In this document: piece by piece, positions 8,475-18,805 of the stretch
Position numbering within the stretch: position 1 is the stretch's first letter
How the letters are laid out: each line of letters opens with the position of its first letter
Source: a virus
Lineage: Duplodnaviria > Caudoviricetes
Direction: 5' to 3' (one strand)
DNA: 64,000 bases
Virus record (IMG/VR): IMGVR_UViG_3300020371_000002
Translations under genes and position numbers: made by a program
Notes under the pieces: model-generated
Databases searched by the model: none
What the model saw: the letters and a program-made list of their open reading frames with translations, nothing else
Told to the model about the DNA's origin: nothing

Positions 8475-11400
8475 GGTTATGGGACTCCAGTTTTGCTTTC
8501 AGTTCATCAATTTGTACCTGTTGTTCCTTAATTGCCTCGATGAGGAGAGGAACAAGTTTCTCATACTGAACAGTATCATACTTATTGTCAACAGGTGCAG
8601 GTTTAACTGCCTCTGGGAGAACTTTCTTAACTTCTTGAGCAGATACACCAGCATATCTAACCTCAGTATTAAATCCAAGGTTACCAGCAGTTTCATTGAA
8701 GTTATAAGTGAAACCATTAAGTGAAAGAACTTTATCAAGAGCACCACTAATACCAACCTTATCTCTCTTCAGGCGATCATCAGATGCGAAAGCAGTAATG
8801 TCACTACCAGCAGTGATTGAACCTGAAACACTAAGAGCACCAATACTTAAAGTATTACTACCACCGTTCCAAGTAATTCCATTATCAACACGACCAGCCC
8901 TATAATTACCTTGAGAATTAGCAGGAACCAGTAAAACTTGATAACTGGAACTATCAGCGGAATTAATCTTAACCTGATCCGCCTTCTCGGCAGTACCAGA
9001 TAAATTACCAGAAACAGAGAGTGACCCAGCACTAATAGCTCCAGAAACACTCAAGGAACTACCAGAGAAAGAACCACCGTTAAATGCACTTGCAGTAATT
9101 ACGTTGGAACTGAAGTTACCAGAAGCATCCCTAGCAACAATACTGTTTCCAGCATTGCCAGTGGATGTATCCATTCCATCAAGTAAGTCAGCATTAAGGT
9201 TGACACACTTAGTGATGGAACTAGTAATAATTGGTGGAGTACCAGTGGTCGCTGTGTGTACCATCTGGAAGGTATTAATCTTACCAGTAGGACCACACTC
9301 AATAGTCATATCAACGCCACTATCACCAAGAGCGGTAATAATACCAGCGTTAGCATAAAGGTCATCCGTCATCACGGATCCGTTGATACCTGAGTTCAGG
9401 AAGGTAACGGTTGCATATGTACCAACAATAGAAGTAACAACACCAGAGTTGGCAACAATTTCAAGTCCAGGTTGCCCAGGTCCTTGAGCGCCAGGTCCCA
9501 TAACAACTCGGGACTTAACAGCAGTAATAATACCAGTATTAACGAAAGCAGTAGGACCAAACAGTTGGTCAGTAAAGTTAAAGTCAGTTGCAGTTACAGC
9601 AGTACCAGCGATATTATCGTAGGTTACATTAGTACCTGTGAGGTTAGTAACAATACCAGAAGAAGCATACAACTGAGGAGTAACCACATGGTTAGAGGCA
9701 CTCATGTTAGTGACAACACCAGAGAAGATGTTTGCCTCATTGATATAAGCAGTAGTTGCATGTAATGTGGTAGTAATACCAACATCTGCATACAATCCAT
9801 TAGTTACGGATGCAACTTCTGCTCTAAAGTTGGTGACGAAACCAGTCTTAGCATAGGAATGTGTGAGTACGTTGAGACTACCAATACCCGCATTAACAGC
9901 AGTAAGAGTAGTTACATTGACTGTACCGCCATCACATTCGATGTTACCAACATCGAGAGTACCAACAAATGTACTTACACCAGCATATGTGTCATTGATT
10001 GGACCTTCAATACTGATATGTGAGGCAGGTTTGAAGGAAACGTAAGTACCAACAGTCTCGAAGTCATATGCTCGAATTACACCACCTTCATCTACAATAC
10101 TGTAGTAACCATAGTTCTCCCAAGGAATACCCTGTGGAGAGACACCACCAGTAGTATTGTATCCCCAGAAATTAGCAATCTTTCTGATAACAATACTATC
10201 GTAAGTAACACCAGAGAATGTCTGTGGAGATGCAAAGGTAACAATACCAGAAACGAACAAGTGATTCAGTTTCGTAGTACCGTTGACTTCCATAGCATCA
10301 GTAAAGTCAAATGGTCCAATACCAGACTTACCAACACCAATTTGATCGATCTTGAGGAACTGTCTATCTCTTTCTTGAGATACTACACCAAATCTTCTCC
10401 ACTCACCTTCAGCATAGATGTGTCCTAAGTAACCACCCGTATTAGGGTTGGATACAAATGACATATCACCAGATCTTGCCGCCTGAATAGGAGTAGAAAT
10501 ACCAACGGTAAGAAGTTTACCCTGTGGAGCATCACCTTTCAGGAAGAGGTTCTTAGTTTCAATACCCTCAGCAGAACTGTTAGTAAGTTTCTGGGTAAAG
10601 TTTACTGGACCATAGAACTGTGAAGTTCTATTGTTGTTATCTCCACCCTCAACCGTGATACCTTCTCTAACCAGAAGTTCATCGAAGACACCCGAAACTT
10701 TCTTAGCAGCTTCAGACTCAGCATCATCACCTGTATAGGTAAAGATTGGAGCGCCAATAACTTCTTCCTCACCAGTAATTGCAGACAGTTTATTATATCC
10801 AGTGAAGAACTCACCAGCGTCGTTCATACCAGTGTAAACAACCTTACCACCAGACTGTTCTTTCTTCTGTGCAGCAAGTTGTTCATCAGAGTTCAGAACT
10901 CTATCCTGTTTTTGAGGCAGTGATGTGGAGTAGTTACCAGAACCATAACCAAGATATTCAAATGTGTGACCAGATGCACGAAGAATAGATGGTCTGCGAA
11001 GTTCCATTGGAACGATTTCAATCTTCTTGATTGTCGAACCAACAGGAACTGCTGCAGCAACAGTACCAAACTGACCACGGAGAATGGCATTGATGTTATC
11101 GTTAGTAAATCTAATAATCTCAGCACCAATCTGACAGTAATCACCCTTCTGGAAACCAGAAGTATCAGTAAGAGTGATTGATTGGTCAGTAGAGGTTAAA
11201 GGAGCAGCAATAGATGTACTAATACCAGTCCAAATTGTTGCACCCCTTGCGTTCAGGTTATTTTCACCCAGACCCAGAGACTTGGATCTTGCTCTGAAAC
11301 CATGACCGAACAATCTAGCATCAGTTACATCATAAGAACTATCAATACCAGATGTATGAACACCAACATTGAAGTGAAGTGCTCTCAATGGAGCGAAAGG

Positions 11401-14400
11401 ATCAACGTCAACAACAGTGAATGTTCTAAAGTCGAACATCGAGTTACCAGTACCAACGATACCGAAGGTCTGACCAGCAACTAAGGTGTGGTTTGAATTA
11501 CATCTAATTGTAGCAACACCAGTTTCACCAGTTACACTGATACTTGTAAATGCAACGCCAGGGTTGGCGATGTTATACATTGGCAGTCTTCTATCAGTCC
11601 TTTCAGTATAGAAAGGAGACATAATATTTGGTTTGTCAATCTCAATGGAAACAGACTTTGCAGTTGGAATATCAACAATCTTATGTGTTCCATTGTACAT
11701 TGGATCAGCAAATCCATTCAGATCCATACCATCGCCAACATTATTGAAGATAGCAGTAACTTCAACAACAGCAGGAGAAGTAGCAGCACCAGCAGGGAAT
11801 GGATCAACTGTCATGGTGTTACCTACACCATATGCACAACCACCATCAACGATCTTAACACTGGTAACTGTACCAGCAGCAGAGATCTGAACTTCAGCGG
11901 CAGCATTCTTACCAATCAGTCCATTATTAACGAGATCAGCTGAGTAGATAACAGTAGCGATACCAGAACCATTGTTATATCCAGAACCACCGTCGATGAT
12001 GTTTACACTCTTAATGGAGTTGAATCTATGCTCTGTATCACTAAACAGAGTGACAGTGGTGTTACCTGTACCAGTAACAACCGCACCAGTTACAGCAGTA
12101 CCAACATTGAATCCCTGCATGAAGTAGTTAAGGGATTCTCTCGTAAGAGACTTCTTCTTATCATTAGAAAGAACAAGACCAACAACTTCTGGAGTGGCAA
12201 ACGATACAGAAGGTTGTGGATCAGACTCATAGTTATCTCTATCCTGTTGTGGATATAGATTTCTAACATCCTGAGAGAAGGACTTCATGGATACACCAAA
12301 TCCAAGGTCCTTATCAAGAGAAACAGAACCACAAGTCAGGATCAGGTTGTAGATACCATCTTGTCCAGATGTGCCAGGAATATGTGGTTTTGCCTCCTGA
12401 ACACGATAGACGTAAATACTATCCTTAGACTTAGATCTATGAATTGTAGGAAGATTTTCGATCTGTTGTTGTGTAGTTCTTTGGTTGATCTGACACTTAA
12501 ATTCGCCAGGATCAGTTGTAATACCAGAAATAGTAAACTGTTTTCTACCAAGAACAGTTGCAACTGGGTTCTCACCGTTAAAACCAACGTTGAATGTACC
12601 CAGTGGATTATTAACAGAATCAACCTGTCTAATAGTTACAAGGTCGCCAGGAATCAGATCATGATCTTTCTCCGTGGTAACAGTAATAGTATCGGATGAC
12701 CATGTAGCATTCTTAATGATCTTAACGTTCTTAAGTTGAGTTGGGTTCGTTAAGTCAGCACTCAAGAATGATGCACTACCAACACCAACTGTCTTGGATT
12801 CTTGAAGTACGAAACCAGGCGTAGGTGGACGTGCATTAGTATGTTCCTTAGGAATAACATATCTTGCTCTGTAAAGTCTATCTTGCAGAGATCTGTTATC
12901 AACTCTTCTCTCAAGGTATGTTGCACCAGATTCTTGACCAATAAGACCAACACCAAGAGAAGCAAATGCTGGATAGATTGTATTAGATACAGCACTAGGA
13001 TCAACGTTAATATACCAGTTGTTGTTTACACTATCAAACTGGATGGGATGACCCTTCATGCCAGGTTGTTTGTCGGAAACAGTAGAACTGATAATCAGTT
13101 TACCACCACCATTAGACAAACCAGTCAGAGGTCTACGAGCAAGTGCGTCGTTCAGAGTTGCAGCAAGTTGAAGTTTGTCTGCAGCAAGAGAACCACCAGT
13201 AATTGCATAGTAGATCTTATCATTCTTGATACCATTAGGTGTTTCTCCAGTATCAGAGAAGACTCTAACTCTCTCACCAGTGATTAACTGGTGATTCTGA
13301 ACAAGACTAAAAACGTTAGATACAATGAAGTTGACACCAGCATTACGAACAACATCGTAAACTTTTTGGTAGGAAGTAGCAATACCAGAAGTTCCAGACT
13401 CCATGAGAACTGGAGCTTCATAAACATTCTGAACTGCCTGACCAGTAGAAGTATCAACCAGTGCAAGTTTCAGAGTTTCACCTGCTCTTGCACCAACTCT
13501 ATAAGAATCAATCTCAGCAGGAGGTACAATTTCTTGAGTATTATATCCAAACAGATACAGTCTACTGGTATCAGCAATACCAATAGTCTTTTGAACGTCA
13601 AGAGTCAACCATGAGATAGTAGTATCTTCAGCAGTTAGTTCTCTAGGAGGAATGATGTGTGTGATATAACCAACATCATCACGGTCGAATGAAGAAGGTC
13701 TGAATCCACTAGATTCAAGAGCAGTTTGACCAAAGTTTGAGTTGGAGTTAGTAATAGATGCGTCACCACCTCTCTCCGCTTGGAAATGTCTGGCGAACGC
13801 AATAGCGAACACAGAAACGATCTGAACAACAGCGTTGTTCCTCACTCTCATGTGAGAAGTTTCATATGTTGGTTTGTAGATGGCAGCAGAGTTGCTGTGC
13901 AGAGGTCTATCTGCATCAGAAACAGACTGGTCATCATTAAAGATTGCAGTGTCTGGGTTATACAGAACGAAGGCATTGTCATCCTTCTGGATAGAAATAC
14001 CCGTGAACTGTGCAACAACCATCGACTTAAATCCAGTCGCCTTGTCACCATCACAGTCCATACCGTTCATACCATAAACTGAACGGAGAGAACAGTTAAA
14101 GATGTATGGAGATGCGGAACCTACAGTATCAGGTTCAATAATAATAGAAGAGTTCTGGATTTCCTGTGGGATAGGAAGTGGGTTGCCAGGTACAGATGGA
14201 GCAATATATCTAAACTCAGTATCACTCAGAACTTCCTCAACCACAAAGGAACCATTGTAGGAGTTAATAGATGTAGTGATACCAGCAATAAGAACTGGTG
14301 TCTCTTTGAAGAGGTTGTGTGCTTTGTTAGTAGTGACTGTAATTTGTGTGGAGGAGGTGTTACCGTCTCCTGCCTTAATAGAACTAATACCAACTGGATC

Positions 14401-15246
14401 AGCAGCAAGGTCACCAACAATCCTAAATTCATCAATATTTGGTTCAAAATCGTCAAACGTGGGAAAGTCACCAACTGGACGACCAGAAGCATCACCATAT
14501 GCTCTAGCAACCTTGTAGTAGAACATATCAAGGTCAGTAAGACCTGAGTCCGATCCATCAATGATTACATTGTTTACACCATCAGCATACTGGAAACAAG
14601 ACAGTTTGTGGTGAGAGAATGTTGGTTTCTTAGAGTTGCTGTTGAAATCATAATATGCAACTTTAGACAGATCAGCATCAAACAGAGAGAATGCTGTGAA
14701 GTAACAAGTACCCGTAACTCTGAATACAGATGTATATTCAAACCTATCGTCTTCAGGATCAGGCACATAGAGTGGTCTGATCTTGGTCTTACGAAGATCC
14801 AAACCAATAATAGATGTACCTCTAGGCAGAATTACACCACCCTCAGTAGAGTTGTACTTGTAGAGATCATTATTTCTATCAAGAACATCAAAGTTAGTCT
14901 CAGTAGTAAACTCATTGAGAGTAACTTCTACATAATTACTATTTCTTCTCGCCTTAAATTGGGCGCTACCATTATTATCTATTACAGTATATCCAGGCCT
15001 ATTGTCAATATAGTGTGTGCCTGGGAAAGTTAGAATCGTTGTTCTATCAATCTTATCGTTATTCTTACCCGTCTGGTACGAAAATCTTGCTGCCTCAATG
15101 AGTGCCCTCTGAATCGTTTTGAAAGGACGAGTCAGAGAGTTACCTCTGTTCTCAATACTATCAGTAGCATCAAAGTCGGAAGGGTTAACATACAGGATAT
15201 TACCTTCAGCATTCTTGAGGAAATTCTCTAATCTTGAAAGAGGCAT
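8464..15246 (-). CDS. giant virion fibre/structural protein with C-terminal Peptidase S74 intramolecular chaperone
   Basis: Typical cyanomyovirus N-terminus MPLSRLENFLKN...ILYVNP; C-terminal SDDRLK...LNGFTYNFN...GVSAQEV...VQYEKLVPLLIEAIKE. Confidence 0.85.
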   Translation of the reverse strand: MPLSRLENFLKNAEGNILYVNPSDFDATDSIENRGNSLTRPFKTIQRALIEAARFSYQTGKNNDKIDRTTILTFPGTHYIDNRPGYTVIDNNGSAQFKARRNSNYVEVTLNEFTTETNFDVLDRNNDLYKYNSTEGGVILPRGTSIIGLDLRKTKIRPLYVPDPEDDRFEYTSVFRVTGTCYFTAFSLFDADLSKVAYYDFNSNSKKPTFSHHKLSCFQYADGVNNVIIDGSDSGLTDLDMFYYKVARAYGDASGRPVGDFPTFDDFEPNIDEFRIVGDLAADPVGISSIKAGDGNTSSTQITVTTNKAHNLFKETPVLIAGITTSINSYNGSFVVEEVLSDTEFRYIAPSVPGNPLPIPQEIQNSSIIIEPDTVGSASPYIFNCSLRSVYGMNGMDCDGDKATGFKSMVVAQFTGISIQKDDNAFVLYNPDTAIFNDDQSVSDADRPLHSNSAAIYKPTYETSHMRVRNNAVVQIVSVFAIAFARHFQAERGGDASITNSNSNFGQTALESSGFRPSSFDRDDVGYITHIIPPRELTAEDTTISWLTLDVQKTIGIADTSRLYLFGYNTQEIVPPAEIDSYRVGARAGETLKLALVDTSTGQAVQNVYEAPVLMESGTSGIATSYQKVYDVVRNAGVNFIVSNVFSLVQNHQLITGERVRVFSDTGETPNGIKNDKIYYAITGGSLAADKLQLAATLNDALARRPLTGLSNGGGKLIISSTVSDKQPGMKGHPIQFDSVNNNWYINVDPSAVSNTIYPAFASLGVGLIGQESGATYLERRVDNRSLQDRLYRARYVIPKEHTNARPPTPGFVLQESKTVGVGSASFLSADLTNPTQLKNVKIIKNATWSSDTITVTTEKDHDLIPGDLVTIRQVDSVNNPLGTFNVGFNGENPVATVLGRKQFTISGITTDPGEFKCQINQRTTQQQIENLPTIHRSKSKDSIYVYRVQEAKPHIPGTSGQDGIYNLILTCGSVSLDKDLGFGVSMKSFSQDVRNLYPQQDRDNYESDPQPSVSFATPEVVGLVLSNDKKKSLTRESLNYFMQGFNVGTAVTGAVVTGTGNTTVTLFSDTEHRFNSIKSVNIIDGGSGYNNGSGIATVIYSADLVNNGLIGKNAAAEVQISAAGTVTSVKIVDGGCAYGVGNTMTVDPFPAGAATSPAVVEVTAIFNNVGDGMDLNGFADPMYNGTHKIVDIPTAKSVSIEIDKPNIMSPFYTERTDRRLPMYNIANPGVAFTSISVTGETGVATIRCNSNHTLVAGQTFGIVGTGNSMFDFRTFTVVDVDPFAPLRALHFNVGVHTSGIDSSYDVTDARLFGHGFRARSKSLGLGENNLNARGATIWTGISTSIAAPLTSTDQSITLTDTSGFQKGDYCQIGAEIIRFTNDNINAILRGQFGTVAAAVPVGSTIKKIEIVPMELRRPSILRASGHTFEYLGYGSGNYSTSLPQKQDRVLNSDEQLAAQKKEQSGGKVVYTGMNDAGEFFTGYNKLSAITGEEEVIGAPIFTYTGDDAESEAAKKVSGVFDELLVREGITVEGGDNNNRTSQFYGPVNFTQKLTNSSAEGIETKNLFLKGDAPQGKLLTVGISTPIQAARSGDMSFVSNPNTGGYLGHIYAEGEWRRFGVVSQERDRQFLKIDQIGVGKSGIGPFDFTDAMEVNGTTKLNHLFVSGIVTFASPQTFSGVTYDSIVIRKIANFWGYNTTGGVSPQGIPWENYGYYSIVDEGGVIRAYDFETVGTYVSFKPASHISIEGPINDTYAGVSTFVGTLDVGNIECDGGTVNVTTLTAVNAGIGSLNVLTHSYAKTGFVTNFRAEVASVTNGLYADVGITTTLHATTAYINEANIFSGVVTNMSASNHVVTPQLYASSGIVTNLTGTNVTYDNIAGTAVTATDFNFTDQLFGPTAFVNTGIITAVKSRVVMGPGAQGPGQPGLEIVANSGVVTSIVGTYATVTFLNSGINGSVMTDDLYANAGIITALGDSGVDMTIECGPTGKINTFQMVHTATTGTPPIITSSITKCVNLNADLLDGMDTSTGNAGNSIVARDASGNFSSNVITASAFNGGSFSGSSLSVSGAISAGSLSVSGNLSGTAEKADQVKINSADSSSYQVLLVPANSQGNYRAGRVDNGITWNGGSNTLSIGALSVSGSITAGSDITAFASDDRLKRDKVGISGALDKVLSLNGFTYNFNETAGNLGFNTEVRYAGVSAQEVKKVLPEAVKPAPVDNKYDTVQYEKLVPLLIEAIKEQQVQIDELKAKLESHNHAE

Positions 15247-15275
15247 TTTGGCTCAAACTAATATTCTTCTGACTA

Positions 15276-15310
15276 TATTTAGACACTAAAAAAACCCTCT
15301 TGGGGAGGGC
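15276..15310 (-). promoter_or_regulatory. terminator followed by late promoter CTAAATA for the fibre gene
   Basis: CCCTC/GAGGG stem + T-run; TATTTAG at 15276-15282 on plus. Confidence 0.7.
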
Positions 15311-15311
15311 G

Positions 15312-15782
15312 TTACTGACCTAATGTAAAACTTAGAGTTGCTCTAGGTCCATGAACTTCAGGTCTATGATATGTTCCAGCTTCAATAAAAAGAGAATCGC
15401 CTGGATCTAAAGTAATTTCTTTATCATCATCAAACCAATAAGAAACTTTTCCTAGTCCCCCGACTAGAAGAACATCTTTATCATCACAGTGTCTTTCAAA
15501 AGTAGAAGCACCACCAGCAACAGAAACATAGACGTGCATCTCTTTGACAGGCACCTCTTTATAAACTTCTTCTGCTGCCTTTCTTAATGAGCCTGGTGTA
15601 TATGTATTGTGACAAACAAATGATGGTGGAACCTGCGGTAGATGATATACAATCTTGCATGTGCCTTTTGTATATTCATCATCCAGTTTATCCAATACAT
15701 CTTCCCAAGTTACATCAACATCAAACTCGGAAGGTGTATATTCATACTCAATCGCGTTGTCTCCAATCATCAGGTTTTTCAC
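15312..15782 (-). CDS. JmjC/cupin-like oxygenase
   Basis: FERHCDDKDVLL...GKVSYW...LDPGDSLFIEAGTYH. Confidence 0.8.
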   Translation of the reverse strand: MKNLMIGDNAIEYEYTPSEFDVDVTWEDVLDKLDDEYTKGTCKIVYHLPQVPPSFVCHNTYTPGSLRKAAEEVYKEVPVKEMHVYVSVAGGASTFERHCDDKDVLLVGGLGKVSYWFDDDKEITLDPGDSLFIEAGTYHRPEVHGPRATLSFTLGQ

Positions 15783-16065
15783 GTTGAAACCAATCTACAA
15801 TCTCATCAGCACCTTGAAACCCCGTTCTGTGATTGGATGGGTCGGGGTCTCCTAACCCCATCCTATTCATAAAATCATCCATACTACCTTCCTGCATATC
15901 AGGATTGGCTGCTTTCTGTCTGGCTTTCTTCAACCATTCATTTGCAGTGGTATTTGCTTTACCTAGTTTTTCCGCCCAGATCATATCTGAGAGTTCAACA
16001 CTTTCACCGTTTACAATCTTCTTGCAGATGCCTTCAAGTCGAAGACGGTATTGAGTTGACAGCAT
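15748..16065 (-). CDS. conserved cyanophage hypothetical protein
   Basis: MLSTQYRLRLE...WRQRD pattern recalled from cyanomyoviruses. Confidence 0.75.
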   Translation of the reverse strand: MLSTQYRLRLEGICKKIVNGESVELSDMIWAEKLGKANTTANEWLKKARQKAANPDMQEGSMDDFMNRMGLGDPDPSNHRTGFQGADEIVDWFQREKPDDWRQRD

Positions 16066-16068
16066 ACA

Positions 16069-16263
16069 TTACTTTCCCAGTTTGCTTTCTAGATCTTTCA
16101 CCTTTGTGTACTCTTCATAAGCCGCATCGGACTTCTCTCCAAGAATTTCCATAATATCCTCATAGATCACGTCAGTCGGAACGTAATCATCAAAATACTT
16201 ATAGAGGGCTTCTTGTAAATACCTCTTTCTATGCCACTCGGGTGAATATGGTTTGTATTCCAT
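16069..16263 (-). CDS. conserved cyanophage hypothetical protein
   Basis: YSPEWHRKRYL; late promoter at 16269-16275. Confidence 0.75.
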   Translation of the reverse strand: MEYKPYSPEWHRKRYLQEALYKYFDDYVPTDVIYEDIMEILGEKSDAAYEEYTKVKDLESKLGK

Positions 16264-16278
16264 GATAATATTTAGTGT

Positions 16279-16320
16279 AAAAAATGGGGTCCGAAGACCC
16301 CGATTGCACTTCCTTCACAC
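16279..16320 (-). ncRNA. candidate ~42-nt sRNA with Yfr2-like 5' end
   Basis: TTGCCA-17-TATAAT promoter (16327-16355); predicted +1 at GUGUGAAGGAAGUGCAAUC; terminator GGGGUC-UUCG-GACCCC + U-run. Confidence 0.6.
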
Positions 16321-16344
16321 CCTGACATTATATAGAGAGAAAGA

Positions 16345-18015
16345 TCACTTGGCAACTAAGTTATAACTTGGAAACCACACATAATCTAGGTTTGATCCGT
16401 GCAATGTTCGGAGGGCTTCGTCGGGCGTTTCAACCAGGGGTTCACCAGCCAAATTAAAGCTAGTATTAAGAAGAATCCCAATACCTCGGCGAGATTTGAT
16501 CTCTGTGAGGAGTTCATAAAGTAAATGCCCTTCTCTAACAGTTTGGATTCTGCAGGACCCATCTTCATGGACAATGCCTTGAAAAGTAAGTCTCCACTCC
16601 TCCTTAATTTGAAAAGAGTTTGTCATAAACTCATTTCTCTCTAAGTATAACATATCAAAACATGTTTTGGCATCTTCTTCCAGAATAATTGCCGCAAAGG
16701 GACGATACCATTCACGTTTCTTAATCTCATTAACTATATCCTTCGCAGAAGGATTAAAAGCATTAAAGAGAATAGATCTGTTACCTAATGCACGTTGTCC
16801 TGCTTCTGCTTTACCATAATATACTGCAACTGATTTATCATTATCCAAGAGATCAGCAACACCAGAGGTATCATACTGCCAATCAGATCCCTCTTTCATA
16901 CTAAAATATACATCTTCTAGATCATAATCATATCCATGAAAGAAAGTATCTTTGAGTGGATACTTATTCGTATCACCAGTTTCATTCTTATATGAATAGA
17001 TACAGGCACCAATAGAGTTGCCAGTATCATCTGCAATCGGTTCAAACCAAAACTTACATTCGGGCATCAACTGTACGAGGTAAGAATTGGTAACAATATT
17101 CATCCCATAACCACCAGTTACGATGATATTTTTAATACCTGTTTTAGTAGAATAGTAATCAATACATTTGAAGACTTCTTCCTGAGTCTGATTCTGTACA
17201 TGCTTGGCATAATCTGCATGTAGAGTATCTTCGAATGTAACCTCGTTTGTGGTATATTCATGAAGTTCTCTATTCATTACTGGTTTTACATGGGATCTAG
17301 CATAATTATCCAGATCAAAATATGAATCATGAGGAACTAGGAATACATCGGGGTCTAGACAGTTCACAAATAGGTCAGGAAACCCCTCTGGATGACCGTA
17401 GGCAGAGAGTCCCATAGTCTTTCCATTCTCTAGTGGGTGTTCGCCAATCAACGTTGTGGCGGACTCATAGACCATAGTGGCATTGAACTTACTACGAACA
17501 ATATGTTTCGTCTCTGGTCTAACTTGTTTCAGATACTCTAAAACTTCTTGAATCTGATGTGATGAAAAGTCTGACCAATAGTTTTTATAGATTTCTGTGA
17601 ACGTATATGGATCTCTGCGAGCAACCATAACAGTCTCCGACTCGCGACAAACGCCACCAATCTTAGATCCATTCCTATCAGCAACAAAGATAAGTGCCTC
17701 ATCAAAACCACTGTTCTCAAATGCCAGTGCAGCATGACTCATGTGATGATACTCGTCCATATCAATCACTGGACACTTAAATAATCTTTCCGCAAGAAGA
17801 TCGACACTGAATATACTCCTACCGTCTGGAGAGGCAATAACACAAAGATCCACAGGACCCATAAGTGTCTTTTGTGCCTCAATCATGGCAAGATATGGTT
17901 TAGACTCTTTCTTAATACCACAGAGTCTCTCTTCTTTAAAGAAATATTCTATTTCCCCATCATTATAAACACAGACCGATGAATCATGACTCGGACTGAT
18001 ACCAACAATTCTCAT
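16345..18015 (-). CDS. carbamoyltransferase (NodU/CmcH/TobZ family)
   Basis: GISPSHDSS...EERL, HHMSHA, GKTMGLSAYG, EAGQRALGNRSIL, KKREWYRPFA, LLNTSFN. Confidence 0.92.
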   Translation of the reverse strand: MRIVGISPSHDSSVCVYNDGEIEYFFKEERLCGIKKESKPYLAMIEAQKTLMGPVDLCVIASPDGRSIFSVDLLAERLFKCPVIDMDEYHHMSHAALAFENSGFDEALIFVADRNGSKIGGVCRESETVMVARRDPYTFTEIYKNYWSDFSSHQIQEVLEYLKQVRPETKHIVRSKFNATMVYESATTLIGEHPLENGKTMGLSAYGHPEGFPDLFVNCLDPDVFLVPHDSYFDLDNYARSHVKPVMNRELHEYTTNEVTFEDTLHADYAKHVQNQTQEEVFKCIDYYSTKTGIKNIIVTGGYGMNIVTNSYLVQLMPECKFWFEPIADDTGNSIGACIYSYKNETGDTNKYPLKDTFFHGYDYDLEDVYFSMKEGSDWQYDTSGVADLLDNDKSVAVYYGKAEAGQRALGNRSILFNAFNPSAKDIVNEIKKREWYRPFAAIILEEDAKTCFDMLYLERNEFMTNSFQIKEEWRLTFQGIVHEDGSCRIQTVREGHLLYELLTEIKSRRGIGILLNTSFNLAGEPLVETPDEALRTLHGSNLDYVWFPSYNLVAK

Positions 18016-18515
18016 TAATTATCGCCCCATATTTGGATAGTATAACGCATATTCTTGGGGTTAGGCGAAACTGGTGTAACACAATGCCATTCCTTACTAT
18101 GATTTATCATCATTAAATTCCTTTGTGGAGGAATGGCTTTCCATATCTCATCATCACCTTCTTTCCACAAGAACCAACCACCATCAGTACGATCCCACTT
18201 CTCATTCAAATAGATCGTAGCACCAAATTTATGTGCTTTATCTGTATGTGGAGGAATACCCGTTAATGGTTGCCAAATATAAAATCTAAGTTGGTAATGT
18301 TCACACTTAGGAATATGTTCTTTAATACAGTCAAGAACTCTAGTTGATAGTTCAGGTGACAATTTAGTGGCAAGTGTGGTTCCTAACTCCAGTTTAACTT
18401 CTTCAGACCAGTTAATTGTACTGGATGACCACACTTCATCACGGAGTTTATCCTGTAATTCTCTCTTACAGTCAACCCAAACTAATTCATTAAGAGCGTC
18501 TTTTACTATCTTCAT
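18015..18515 (-). CDS. 2OG-Fe(II) oxygenase
   Basis: PPHTD...TIYLN...GGWF...WHCVTPV...RYTIQIW. Confidence 0.85.
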   Translation of the reverse strand: MKIVKDALNELVWVDCKRELQDKLRDEVWSSSTINWSEEVKLELGTTLATKLSPELSTRVLDCIKEHIPKCEHYQLRFYIWQPLTGIPPHTDKAHKFGATIYLNEKWDRTDGGWFLWKEGDDEIWKAIPPQRNLMMINHSKEWHCVTPVSPNPKNMRYTIQIWGDN

Positions 18516-18530
18516 CGTCCCATATAGATA

Positions 18531-18603
18531 TGGAGAATAGGGGACTCGAACCCCTAACCCCCTGCTTGCAAAGCAGGTGCTCTACCAATTGAGCTAATTC
18601 CCC
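18531..18603 (-). tRNA. trnA: tRNA-Ala(UGC)
   Basis: GGGGAATTAGCTCAATTGGTAGAGCACCTGCTTTGCAAGCAGGGGGTTAGGGGTTCGAGTCCCCTATTCTCCA. Confidence 0.97.
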
Positions 18604-18791
18604 TCGTTTTCCCTCTTTTCTTTAGCTTCAAGAATATACTCAACAGTGTTCGCAACATCATCCATGGCATCACGAAGCATCGGTTGTTGACCAGAGTGTT
18701 GTTCTCTGTATGTAACACCGTTTTTAAATTCTTCGCAAAGAGTCCATCGCCATTGCAACATACTCTTAGAATACCATAGATTAATCTTCAT
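18594..18791 (-). CDS. conserved cyanophage hypothetical protein
   Basis: MKINLWYSKSMLQWRWTL. Confidence 0.7.
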   Translation of the reverse strand: MKINLWYSKSMLQWRWTLCEEFKNGVTYREQHSGQQPMLRDAMDDVANTVEYILEAKEKRENEGN

Positions 18792-18805
18792 AATACTCCT
18801 GAGTA

